This document shows, piece after piece, positions 17,631 to 26,251 of a stretch of 32,000 bases of DNA; the stretch's first letter is position 1, and each line of letters begins with the position of its first letter. The translations under genes and the position numbers were made by a program. This stretch comes from a cyanobacterium endosymbiont of Braarudosphaera bigelowii (GTDB taxonomy: Bacteria; Cyanobacteriota; Cyanobacteriia; Cyanobacteriales; Microcystaceae). The DNA lies in the NCBI RefSeq assembly GCF_020885515.1, contig NZ_AP024987.1:840001-872000 (forward strand). The letters are read 5' to 3'. Under the pieces are notes generated by a model. That model saw only the letters and a program-made list of their open reading frames with translations, did not search any database and was not told the origin of the DNA.

Positions 17631-18404
17631 TTATAGTAAATTTATTACTTTAAATAATTCAATTCCTAACAAAGATAAAGAAAAGGCTGCTAACGCACCA
17701 GCAGAAGTATTTATTATGTTAACTATATCATTAGTCATCCAACTTATTTTGTTCTGAAATTTTGCTCCAATTAAACTTTCTATATTTGTAGCGATAAAAG
17801 CAGCAACTATACAATAGAAAACTTCAGTTAAATTAATAAAATTAATAAAAAAACTAATTGATGCAATGAATACCGATGCCAGAAACCCTGCAAGAGTTCC
17901 TTCTAGACTAATTGCTCCTTCTGTACCTGGAGGTACCGGTTTTAGCGTAGTGATTAAAAAAGTGTTTTTTCCATAAACTTTTCCTAACTCAGAAGCTACC
18001 GTATCTGACAGCTTAGTACTTATGCTTGCTACATATCCTAATATAAACAATTGCGTATAAAAAGAACTGCTGAACAAGGTCCCTAAAGCACAAAAGAAAG
18101 CAGTTAGCCCTGAACCCCACACATTTTCTGGCCCTCTAACTCCCGATCTTTTTTCAGCAATTCCTGCTTTTTCCTTTTTTGATATACCGATATATGTCAC
18201 GGCTGAGCCAACTATAAAATAAGTTGCAATTACGCTATATCCTTGCCAACCTAACAACCACCAGACAGAAACTCCTAAAAACCAGGCATTTAAATATCCT
18301 GGAAAAGTTAATAATTTTTTGGGTGAAACTATAGCTATACCGAGTAATAAACTATTTAGTGTAATGCTAACAAACCAAGAGTTATCTGAATATAATGTGA
18401 TCAT
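17631..18404 (-). CDS. DUF92/TMEM19-family integral membrane protein (family that includes VTE6 phytyl-phosphate kinase)
   Basis: 257 aa, polytopic. The central conserved block GISKKEKAGIAEKRSGVRGPENVWGSG fits the DUF92 signature (Tk.g...K...g.aE...G.R...nV) as I remember it. Confidence 0.7.
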   Translation of the reverse strand: MITLYSDNSWFVSITLNSLLLGIAIVSPKKLLTFPGYLNAWFLGVSVWWLLGWQGYSVIATYFIVGSAVTYIGISKKEKAGIAEKRSGVRGPENVWGSGLTAFFCALGTLFSSSFYTQLFILGYVASISTKLSDTVASELGKVYGKNTFLITTLKPVPPGTEGAISLEGTLAGFLASVFIASISFFINFINLTEVFYCIVAAFIATNIESLIGAKFQNKISWMTNDIVNIINTSAGALAAFSLSLLGIELFKVINLL

Positions 18405-18706
18405 TGTATGTAATTCCTTATTTCATAATAAATACACAGATAAACCAATTCATCCAATCTTTTGACTTTTAGTTTAATCGATAAAAAACGATTATGATAA
18501 ATTGAGCTTTAAATCATACTTAAATAATTAGATATTAATTCTGTAATAATACGGTAATTAAAAAGCTATGTACTTTGTAAAAGTAAAAAATAGTTTATGA
18601 ATTGACTAAATAACAATATTTTTTTATAAAGATATTAAATGAGATAAAATATTATTAATATAAAGAGTTTGACAATTACTTTAACTTTCAAAGGCCACTA
18701 TAAATT

Positions 18707-19063
18707 ATGACACAAGCAAATCAAACCCAGTCTAAAGGAATAAACTTGACAGAGGCAGCTCTTGAACATGTTTTAAAATTAAGAGAAAAACAAAACAAAG
18801 ACCTATGTTTACGTGTTGGAGTTAGGCAAGGAGGATGTTCTGGGATGTCCTATCTAATGGAATTTGAGAATCCTAAAAATATAGAGGAACAAGATAAAAT
18901 ATTTGATTATGACGGTTTTCAAATCGTATGTGATCCTAAAAGTTTTCTCTACCTCTATGGATTAGTTCTTGATTATAGCGATGCTATGATTGGTGGTGGA
19001 TTTGAATTTACAAATCCTAACGCTAATCAAACTTGTGGATGTGGAAAGTCTTTTGGTGTTTAA
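18707..19063 (+). CDS. IscA/HesB-family iron-sulfur cluster insertion (A-type carrier) protein
   Basis: 118 aa. LRVGVRQGGCSGMSY and the C-terminal CGCGKSF motif give the three conserved Cys of A-type carriers. Confidence 0.9.
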   Translation: MTQANQTQSKGINLTEAALEHVLKLREKQNKDLCLRVGVRQGGCSGMSYLMEFENPKNIEEQDKIFDYDGFQIVCDPKSFLYLYGLVLDYSDAMIGGGFEFTNPNANQTCGCGKSFGV

Positions 19064-19151
19064 GGGTAATACTTTACTGTAAGGCATAAATTTGAGATAG
19101 ATTATTTTCTATTTCTTTCTATTAATTAACAAAATTCAATGAAACTAAAAT

Positions 19152-19577
19152 ATGACAGACTTATCTAAAACTGACTTTGAGGAAGGATTGGAAAGATACA
19201 AACAAGGGGAAAAAGCTGAAGACTTAATTGTTCACTTTAAAGAAATTTGTAATCATTCTCCTAAATATGCGATTGCTTGGACTTGTCTCGCTTGGTTATA
19301 TTTACTTGTTGACAAGCCATATCAAGCTTTAAAAGCTGCTAAAAAGAGTGTTAAGATTGATAGTAAATCGCCTCAAGGTCGTATCAATCTTGCTCTAGCG
19401 ATGTTAGAATGTGATGAAAAAGGTGTTCGTTCCCATATTGAGGCGGCAAAGCAGGTAATGTCTTTAGATCAAGAGACTTATCAAGAAGTTTTAGAGAATA
19501 TAGAGGATGGCTTAAATAGAAAACCTGACTGGAAAAATCTTAAAAATATTGAAAAATGGTTATCACTAGCTAACTAA
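19152..19577 (+). CDS. Small TPR-like helical-repeat protein, function unknown
   Basis: 141 aa, predicted all-helical with TPR-like AW..LAW.Y....(K/P)Y.AL.AA.K...(I/L)D pairs. It lies 88 nt downstream of the IscA-type gene on the same strand. Confidence 0.6.
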   Translation: MTDLSKTDFEEGLERYKQGEKAEDLIVHFKEICNHSPKYAIAWTCLAWLYLLVDKPYQALKAAKKSVKIDSKSPQGRINLALAMLECDEKGVRSHIEAAKQVMSLDQETYQEVLENIEDGLNRKPDWKNLKNIEKWLSLAN

Positions 19578-19678
19578 CTACTCTTACTTATTGATCCTGT
19601 TTAAATGGAGTAACGTTATTATATTGTGTTTTGTATAGCTAAAAATTAAGATAATTTATTCAAAATAAAATTTCTAAC

Positions 19679-19708
19679 TTGTTAAAAAAGTATAAAACGC
19701 AGTATAAT
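19679..19708 (+). promoter_or_regulatory. Candidate sigma70-type promoter for tRNA-Leu (-35 TTGTTA, 18-nt spacer, -10 TATAAT)
   Basis: TTGTTA is at 19679-19684 and TATAAT at 19703-19708, 16 nt upstream of the mature tRNA 5' end. Such hexamers occur easily by chance in AT-rich DNA. Confidence 0.3.
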
Positions 19709-19724
19709 ATCGAATGAGCTTTAT

Positions 19725-19806
19725 GGGCGGATGGCGAAATTGGTAGACGCACCACACTCAAAATGTGGCGACTTTGGTTGTGGGGGTTCGAGTCCCCCTC
19801 TGCCCA
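19725..19806 (+). tRNA. tRNA-Leu (anticodon CAA), 82 nt, class II long variable arm, no encoded CCA, no intron
   Basis: GGGCGGA-TG-GCGAAATTGGTAGACGC-A-CCACA-CTCAAAA-TGTGG-CGACTTTGGTTGTG-GGGGG-TTCGAGT-CCCCC-TCTGCCC-A. The acceptor stem pairs, with one G-U. Confidence 0.93.
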
Positions 19807-20179
19807 CTAAACAAGAAATGTATAATGTCTGGCTTTATCTATAGTAAACAGTTTATCACTTTTTACTGAGTTAGTATTCAAATGGATATAAGTGCTAGCA
19901 ATAATCTAGATACTATTTAATTAACTATTCTTTATGAATAAAATATAAATAATACATTAATTGTAAATACAATAAGCTTATAGTTATTTGATGAGCTAAA
20001 TTTTATTGCTCATAACAATTGCATTGATTTCGATAATTGGCAATTAATTAATAATTTTTTGTATAATTAAATCTCAAAAACTTATTCTAAATTTTTTTAG
20101 TGGTTCGTAATAAGATACAATCTCGAGTTGAAACTAAATTTTAGATTGCTCAATTGCAGCCGACTATTAGGTAGATTCA

Positions 20180-20986
20180 GTGGACTTGACTCAAATTTTT
20201 AACACAACAAACCCAATCATTGGCGTTGTTCATCTGTTGCCTCTACCCACATCAGCACGGTGGGGAGGTAGTTTAACTACAGTTATTGAACGAGCCGAAC
20301 AAGAAGCTACTGCTCTCGCAGCGGGAGGAGTACACGGTATTATTCTTGAGAATTTTTTTGATACTCCTTTTACAAAAAATAAAGTTGACCCAGCAGTCAT
20401 AAGTGCTATGACTCTAATTGTTGATCGCATTAAAAATTTGGTTGTCATTCCTGTAGGCATCAATTTATTGCGTAATGATTCTATTGGGGCTATGGCTATT
20501 GCTTCAACAATGGATGCTCAGTTTATCCGTGTTAATGCTTTGACAGGTATTATGACTACAGATCAAGGCTTTATCGAAGGTAATGCTCATCAATTATTAA
20601 GGTATAGAAAAGAATTAGGAGCAAATGTAATTATTTTGGCAGATGTTTTAGTTAAACATGCTCGTCCACTAGACACTATCAACTTAACAGATTCGGTAAA
20701 AGATACTGTAGAAAAAGGACTTGCAGACGGTATTATTTTATCAGGTTGGTCTGAAGATAGTCCTCCTAGTATTGATGATTTGAAACTAGCTGCTACAGTT
20801 GCCGAAGGAGTACCAATTTTCGTAGGTAGCGGAGCTAATTCGAACAATATTGGCAAGTTAATGAGCGTAGCGAATGGAGTTATCGTAGCAAGATCTTTAA
20901 AACGTCACGGAAAGATTGGTGATCCTATTGATCCAATTCGTGTCGCTCAATTTATTGAGGCAACCAAAAGAAATATTGGTTCTTAG
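20180..20986 (+). CDS. btpA: BtpA-family protein (photosystem I biogenesis/stability factor, SgcQ/BtpA TIM-barrel family)
   Basis: 268 aa with a GTG start. The N-terminus PIIGVVHLLPLPTSARWGG plus GVHGIILENFFDTPF are typical BtpA blocks. Confidence 0.85.
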   Translation: MDLTQIFNTTNPIIGVVHLLPLPTSARWGGSLTTVIERAEQEATALAAGGVHGIILENFFDTPFTKNKVDPAVISAMTLIVDRIKNLVVIPVGINLLRNDSIGAMAIASTMDAQFIRVNALTGIMTTDQGFIEGNAHQLLRYRKELGANVIILADVLVKHARPLDTINLTDSVKDTVEKGLADGIILSGWSEDSPPSIDDLKLAATVAEGVPIFVGSGANSNNIGKLMSVANGVIVARSLKRHGKIGDPIDPIRVAQFIEATKRNIGS

Positions 20987-21074
20987 GAAAAACTAGATTA
21001 TAGTAGTTCCTAAAGTTAAGGTCATAGATACCTTTCTGAAACCCAGGATAATTATATTTTAGTAAAAAATCACT

Positions 21075-22055
21075 ATGATACATAAACGTTCTATTCCAGT
21101 AATATATCGTTGGTCACGATATATTATTGGTATGATTGCGATATCTGGTACGATCTTAACGGCTTATTTAACCATAACCAAACTGACTGGAACGACTGTA
21201 TACTGTGGCGTTAATGATGCTCAACTATTAGGAACAGGTTGCAAAAATGTTCTTAATAGCCGTTATGCTACAGTATTTAATTTACCTTTAAGTTTGTTTG
21301 GAACTTTAGCTTATACCAGTATGTCTGTTGCCTCTTTAGGCCCATTATTATTAAAGTCTGAAAAAAATAAAAATTTTATAAAAAAAATTGACGAATGGAC
21401 CTGGCAGTTTCTCCTAATAGGAGGAACTGCTATGGCAGTATTTAGTAGTTATTTGATTTATATTCTATCTACAGAATTATACTCAACTTGTTACTATTGC
21501 CTAGGTTCTTTTCTGTTATCCTTAGCTTTAATGATTTTCAGTATTCTAGGCAAAGAGTGGGAGGATATAGGTCAAACTTTATTCGTTTCTATTATTGTCA
21601 CGATAGTAACTCTAGTTGGAATTTTAGGAATATATACTGATACTGAAAAACCGTTAACTCATGGCCGTGTTGCTATTAAACAAGTAAAAACAGTACCCCA
21701 TCCTCCTAATGGATGGCCAATAACTTCTAGATCAGAGGAATCAGAAATTAAGTTAGCAGAGCATCTAACTTCTATTGGAGCTAAGATGTATGGCGCATTT
21801 TGGTGTCCTCATTGCCACGATCAAAAACAATTGTTTGGTTTAACAGCATTTCACAAAATTAATTACATTGAATGTGATCCTAGAGGTAAAAATCCTCAAC
21901 CTAATATTTGTATTTCTTCGAATATAAAATCTTATCCTTCATGGGAAATTAATGGGGAACAATTGTCAGGAGCTCAATCTCTTGAAGATTTAGCAAAAAG
22001 TTCTAATTATCAAGGTCTTACTGATTTTAAATACATAATTCCTGAGCACAAATAA
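21075..22055 (+). CDS. Vitamin K epoxide reductase homologue fused to a thioredoxin-like domain (periplasmic/lumenal disulfide-bond-forming oxidoreductase)
   Basis: 326 aa. The membrane VKOR core has a loop Cys pair (YCGVNDAQLLGTGC) and an active-site CYYC. The C-terminal Trx-like domain has WCPHC. Confidence 0.88.
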   Translation: MIHKRSIPVIYRWSRYIIGMIAISGTILTAYLTITKLTGTTVYCGVNDAQLLGTGCKNVLNSRYATVFNLPLSLFGTLAYTSMSVASLGPLLLKSEKNKNFIKKIDEWTWQFLLIGGTAMAVFSSYLIYILSTELYSTCYYCLGSFLLSLALMIFSILGKEWEDIGQTLFVSIIVTIVTLVGILGIYTDTEKPLTHGRVAIKQVKTVPHPPNGWPITSRSEESEIKLAEHLTSIGAKMYGAFWCPHCHDQKQLFGLTAFHKINYIECDPRGKNPQPNICISSNIKSYPSWEINGEQLSGAQSLEDLAKSSNYQGLTDFKYIIPEHK

Positions 22056-22122
22056 ATACAAGTAAAAGCTGAGGAATAATAAATTTTACTTATTATTCCT
22101 CAGCTTTTACTTGTATTTATTT
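22050..22122. terminator. Very long perfect hairpin between convergent VKOR and holA genes: 33-bp stem, 7-nt loop, overlapping the VKOR stop codon
   Basis: aaataaatacaagtaaaagctgaggaataataa (22050-22082) is the exact reverse complement of ttattattcctcagcttttacttgtatttattt (22090-22122). The loop is attttac. Confidence 0.75.
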
Positions 22123-22177
22123 CTAAGAATTGAAATAAGGTAAATAAGAAATAAAGAACTAGATTTTTAAATAAAAT

Positions 22178-23158
22178 CTAGGAAAATAAAAGGCATAATT
22201 CTAATATTTTATTTTTCAATATCTGCTCTGGATCACATCCTTTTTTCAAGTTATTTTCTAAGTCTAATAAGATAGGAAAAGTTTTCAGCAAATCTCTACT
22301 CTCAATATGTTTGATCTCTTTTTTTAAAAAAAACAAACGATTAGGATTTGATATTTCAGCAGCTTTGGCTATTATTTTATGATCATCTTCTCCTATCTCA
22401 AGTTTCAATTTAACAATCACCCAAGTTCTAAATTGTCCTATTAAAGTTGTTACTATTTTTAGGGGAGGCTCATTATATGATAATAAATTTATAGTTATTT
22501 TTAATGCTTTTTCTTTATTACCCTCAGATATTGCTCTAGCCAACTGTAAGCTACTATAAGTATTAATATTGACTATGGAAGAAACTATATCTTCCTCTAT
22601 AGGCTTGCCTTTATCATAATTATAGAGACTTAATTTTTCTAATTCATTCCATAATAATCTAGTATTATTACCTATTGATTCTACTAATAGATCTAATGCT
22701 GATGGAGATAAATTAACACCTATTTCTTTAGAAAATTCTTGAGCTTTTGCAGTCAATTCATCTATTTTCCAAGAGGGAATTAAAGTAAACTCACGTATAT
22801 CTGCATATTTTTCAAAAATTTTTGTTGACTTTAATTTCCTATTTGGTTTTTTACTAGACGTCAACAGAAGATTAGAATTATTAGGAATAGCTGGTATGAG
22901 ACGTTCAATTTCAGAAATAATATCATCTGAACATTGTTGAAAAATAGAAGATTCTTCAAGCCATATAAATTTTTCTCCTATACCAAAAGCAGGAGTCATA
23001 ACTTCATTAATAGCTTCTAATATGCTGTAAATATTTTCTTCACGTATTTTATTGTAATTAAAGTGTATCCAATCAGGATTGATGACTTTCTTTTTTAGTT
23101 TTTGAATAGTTTGATTAATTCTAAAATTATCTTCACCCCAAAAAAAATAAATTCCCAT
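22178..23158 (-). CDS. holA: DNA polymerase III delta subunit
   Basis: 326 aa. The N-terminus IYFFWGEDNFRINQTIQKLKKKVINPDWIHFNY follows the cyanobacterial HolA pattern (IY.(F/Y)WGED.F......L....(I/L).P.W..FNY), and the length is typical. Confidence 0.8.
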   Translation of the reverse strand: MGIYFFWGEDNFRINQTIQKLKKKVINPDWIHFNYNKIREENIYSILEAINEVMTPAFGIGEKFIWLEESSIFQQCSDDIISEIERLIPAIPNNSNLLLTSSKKPNRKLKSTKIFEKYADIREFTLIPSWKIDELTAKAQEFSKEIGVNLSPSALDLLVESIGNNTRLLWNELEKLSLYNYDKGKPIEEDIVSSIVNINTYSSLQLARAISEGNKEKALKITINLLSYNEPPLKIVTTLIGQFRTWVIVKLKLEIGEDDHKIIAKAAEISNPNRLFFLKKEIKHIESRDLLKTFPILLDLENNLKKGCDPEQILKNKILELCLLFS

Positions 23159-23410
23159 ACTGAAATGTTAAGATTATTTTATAGACTCTAATATCATAGC
23201 TTTGATACTTAGCCTATATTAGGGCTAATTTATTTTGTATTAGTTTTTATCTTATTATTATAAGAATATCAAGTTTAAGAAGGTATTTTCTAATTTTTTC
23301 TTGGAAAATTAAATAATCCTTTGCAAAACTTTTAGAAAGTCATGCTACAAATTGCACTAAACATATTTTCTAGTAAAGTAAAGTAAATTAACATTTTTTA
23401 ATCTCATTAT

Positions 23411-23992
23411 ATGGTTGTAGAAAAATACTTGTTATTATCAACGTATAACTTAGGAATAGCTTTTTCTGTGGATAATATTTTTTCCACTCAAGGAATTATA
23501 GTTATGTTATTAGTAGCTTATGGCTTTTCTATGTGGGCTTTTCTTACTAATGCACCTAAAGTTTATACAGTCATGGTATCCGATATTAAAATTGCACAAA
23601 AGTTTTATGAGGGTTTATTAAAATTAAGTGCAGCAGATATTCCATTACATTATTACTATACACCTGAAGAAAATCTAGGTACACTGGCAACAGCAGATCC
23701 TCTATATATGTCGATGAACTATACAAGCATGAGTGGTCTTAATCCAAATAGAACATATGGACTATGGTATCAACTCAAAAAGAACACTCAACTTCATATA
23801 ATAAGTGGAGCGAGTTACGGACATAATAATCGTCAACGCCATATATGTTTTGATAATCGTTGCTTAGAAACTATTCTACTTAAGGTTCAAGCAAAAAGAT
23901 TAAGATATAAAGTACGCTGTAAACAACCTCTTAATTTTTTAGTCAAGGATATTGATGAAAGAATTATTGAAATGTTAGAAATAAAAAACTAG
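23411..23992 (+). CDS. VOC-superfamily (glyoxalase/bleomycin-resistance/dioxygenase fold) protein, possibly with N-terminal TM extension
   Basis: The C-terminal ~140 aa follow the VOC pattern (VYTVMVSDIKIAQKFYEGLL ... LWYQLKKNTQLHIISG ... RHICFDNRCLETILLKVQAKRLRY ... NFLVKDIDERIIEMLE). The start is uncertain, with in-frame Met at residues 1, 32, 41 and 55. Confidence 0.55.
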   Translation: MVVEKYLLLSTYNLGIAFSVDNIFSTQGIIVMLLVAYGFSMWAFLTNAPKVYTVMVSDIKIAQKFYEGLLKLSAADIPLHYYYTPEENLGTLATADPLYMSMNYTSMSGLNPNRTYGLWYQLKKNTQLHIISGASYGHNNRQRHICFDNRCLETILLKVQAKRLRYKVRCKQPLNFLVKDIDERIIEMLEIKN

Positions 23993-24033
23993 TTACCATA
24001 AAAAAAGTATTTTTTAAAACAAATTATATTGTT

Positions 24034-24816
24034 TTAAGGAATAATCTTTACGCGCTTAGTAATCATTGTAATGCCATCGTTCCTGACAAGAATAGATGAT
24101 AACCACTGATCTTGAGGCTTATCTTGTGGAGGTATTCTTTTAAACAGTCCTCCAGACTTTAATAATTTTAATGGTATTTTAGGGGGATTTAGATAGTTAT
24201 CAATATTAATTTCTTCAGAAATTGCCATTCCAGCTAAGAGATTATCCTCTAAAGGTTCACTTAGGATAACATCAAAGTCAAATGTTTCCCCGACCTTTAC
24301 AGTCAGAGGTAAATTAACAATAACTTTTGGTGGTCTCTCCCCAGAAGTTAGTTTTGTCGTTTCGCTTAATATTTCTTGTTTAATTATCTGATTTCCTTGA
24401 AAAGACTGATAGGATTTTACTGTTGATTCTAATTTAATTTCCCTTCCGTTACTTATTCTATTTCCTGTAACTGTAGTCAAAATTTTGACAAACAAATTTT
24501 TGCCTTTCTGTTCCCAGGATAATATTTCTGTCCGATATTTTAAGTTAGGATAATCTGTCCAAAATTTATTGACTCCTTCAGTAAGTTTTTTTAGGGTCAG
24601 TCCATCAGTTGTCCTATACTGGCTACTATAAAATGATTTTATACGTTCTAAATCTCTTAAATTAGCTGCATCATCAACTTGTCTAATAACTTTCTGAAGT
24701 TCCACCGGGATATCACTAGGATTTTCTGCATTAACTGGTATATATTTGCTTAAGCTTAATCCACAACCAAGTATGATAGTAAGGAACCAACGTTGATAAA
24801 TCATACGTTTATTCAT
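24034..24816 (-). CDS. Hypothetical exported protein (signal peptide; N-terminal half possibly NTF2/SnoaL-like)
   Basis: 260 aa. N-terminal signal sequence with a possible VNA/E cleavage site or an ILGC lipobox-like site. I recognise no catalytic motif, and the fold guess is tentative. Confidence 0.55.
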   Translation of the reverse strand: MNKRMIYQRWFLTIILGCGLSLSKYIPVNAENPSDIPVELQKVIRQVDDAANLRDLERIKSFYSSQYRTTDGLTLKKLTEGVNKFWTDYPNLKYRTEILSWEQKGKNLFVKILTTVTGNRISNGREIKLESTVKSYQSFQGNQIIKQEILSETTKLTSGERPPKVIVNLPLTVKVGETFDFDVILSEPLEDNLLAGMAISEEINIDNYLNPPKIPLKLLKSGGLFKRIPPQDKPQDQWLSSILVRNDGITMITKRVKIIP

Positions 24817-24877
24817 GTTAAGGTATTCCGATTAATAGTACAGAATCCAAACTAATTATAGCGAACTTTTTATCTTT

Positions 24878-25930
24878 ATGATACGTTTACTCATAGCTGC
24901 AAGTGGTACCGGAGGTCATGTTTTTCCTGCTTTAGCAGTGGCAAAGCGATTACCTTATTGTGATATTCACTGGCTAGGTACTCCAAACCGCCTAGAACAA
25001 CGCCTAGTAGATGATATATACCCTTTATACACAGTACCTGTTGAGGGATTTCAAACTAGTTCTATTATTAAAAATATACAGATTTTATTTAAATTACTCA
25101 AGTCAGTCTTTTGGATTAAAGAACTACTTAAGAAAAAAAAGATCGATATTGTTTTTACTACTGGAGGATATATTTCCGGTGCTGTTACTCTAGCTGCTTA
25201 CATATCTGGAATTCCTGTCATACTACACGAATCTAACTATATTCCTGGGAAAACAACAAGATTACTAAGTTACTTTTGCAAGATGACAGCGCTAGGATTC
25301 AAGGAAACAGCAAAATATTTACCATGGGTTTCTACTATTTGGTTAGGTACCCCCATTAGGGAACAATTTTATACTTCTCAAAATTTAGATTTAAATATTC
25401 CAGCAAAAGCAATTCTAATAGTTATTATCGGTGGATCTCAAGGAGCAGTTTCAATTAATGATTTAGTACGTGAATGTGTCTTGGATTGGATCAAACTAGG
25501 TGCATATGTTGTCCACCTAACAGGAAATAATGATTCTAAAGCTAATACTATTAATCATCCTCAATATATTTCATTAACTTTTTATGATAATATGGCCGCA
25601 CTCTTACAAAGAGCAGATTTAGCAATTAGTCGTGCTGGTTCAGGAACATTAGCAGAGTTAGCTATTACCAAGACGCCTGCCATTTTAATTCCTTATCCTT
25701 TTGCTGCAGAAAATCATCAATTTTATAATGCAAAGTTTTTTGTTGATGCACAAGCTGCATATTGCTATCAACAAAAAAAGTTGACAAAAGATACATTAAC
25801 AAAAGACGTACTAGACTTAATAGAAGATTCAACAAAGTTAAAAAAAATGGCATATGAAATGTCAAAATTAATAACTAAAGATAGTGCGCAAAAGTTAGCA
25901 GAATTACTAGGTAATAACTTAAAAAGTTAG
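24878..25930 (+). CDS. murG: UDP-N-acetylglucosamine:LPS(lipid I) N-acetylglucosaminyltransferase MurG
   Basis: 350 aa. G-loop SGTGGHVFPALAVA, GGSQGA, and C-terminal donor-binding region RAGSGTLAELA...PYPFAAENHQ..NA. Confidence 0.92.
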   Translation: MIRLLIAASGTGGHVFPALAVAKRLPYCDIHWLGTPNRLEQRLVDDIYPLYTVPVEGFQTSSIIKNIQILFKLLKSVFWIKELLKKKKIDIVFTTGGYISGAVTLAAYISGIPVILHESNYIPGKTTRLLSYFCKMTALGFKETAKYLPWVSTIWLGTPIREQFYTSQNLDLNIPAKAILIVIIGGSQGAVSINDLVRECVLDWIKLGAYVVHLTGNNDSKANTINHPQYISLTFYDNMAALLQRADLAISRAGSGTLAELAITKTPAILIPYPFAAENHQFYNAKFFVDAQAAYCYQQKKLTKDTLTKDVLDLIEDSTKLKKMAYEMSKLITKDSAQKLAELLGNNLKS

Positions 25931-26251
25931 TTGCTACGTGTTTTTTATAGGTTTTTAATACAAAAAGACCTTACAAGGTGTTAATGTTCTAAAATAAAAG
26001 TATTGTTAATAAAAAATACAGCTTAAATATCAATCTATTATACTATTCTCAAGTTTTGGTCAGACAGGAAAAAATGTTATGTAAATTTTCATCGTAATGC
26101 AATTGTTTATATTTATAATTAAGAAATATTGCGGAAAAAAAAAAAATAAGTCATAATTACTAATATAACACCTACGCATGTAAGACCTTAACATTCTTTT
26201 TAATCAAGACTATTCCTATTATTTTTGTTTTAGAGGCATTAGTAAAAATTT

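Noticed and set aside
19725-19806. Group I intron in tRNA-Leu (famous in cyanobacteria)
   Set aside because: That intron interrupts tRNA-Leu(UAA). This gene has anticodon CAA and an uninterrupted 82-nt cloverleaf.
20230-20856. Two ORFs (77 and 88 aa) antisense to btpA
   Set aside because: btpA is locally richer in G+C, so the opposite strand has few stop codons. Neither ORF has motifs or an RBS.
25011-25865. 60-aa and 66-aa ORFs overlapping murG (alternative frame and antisense)
   Set aside because: Both are nested in a well-supported gene and are low complexity.
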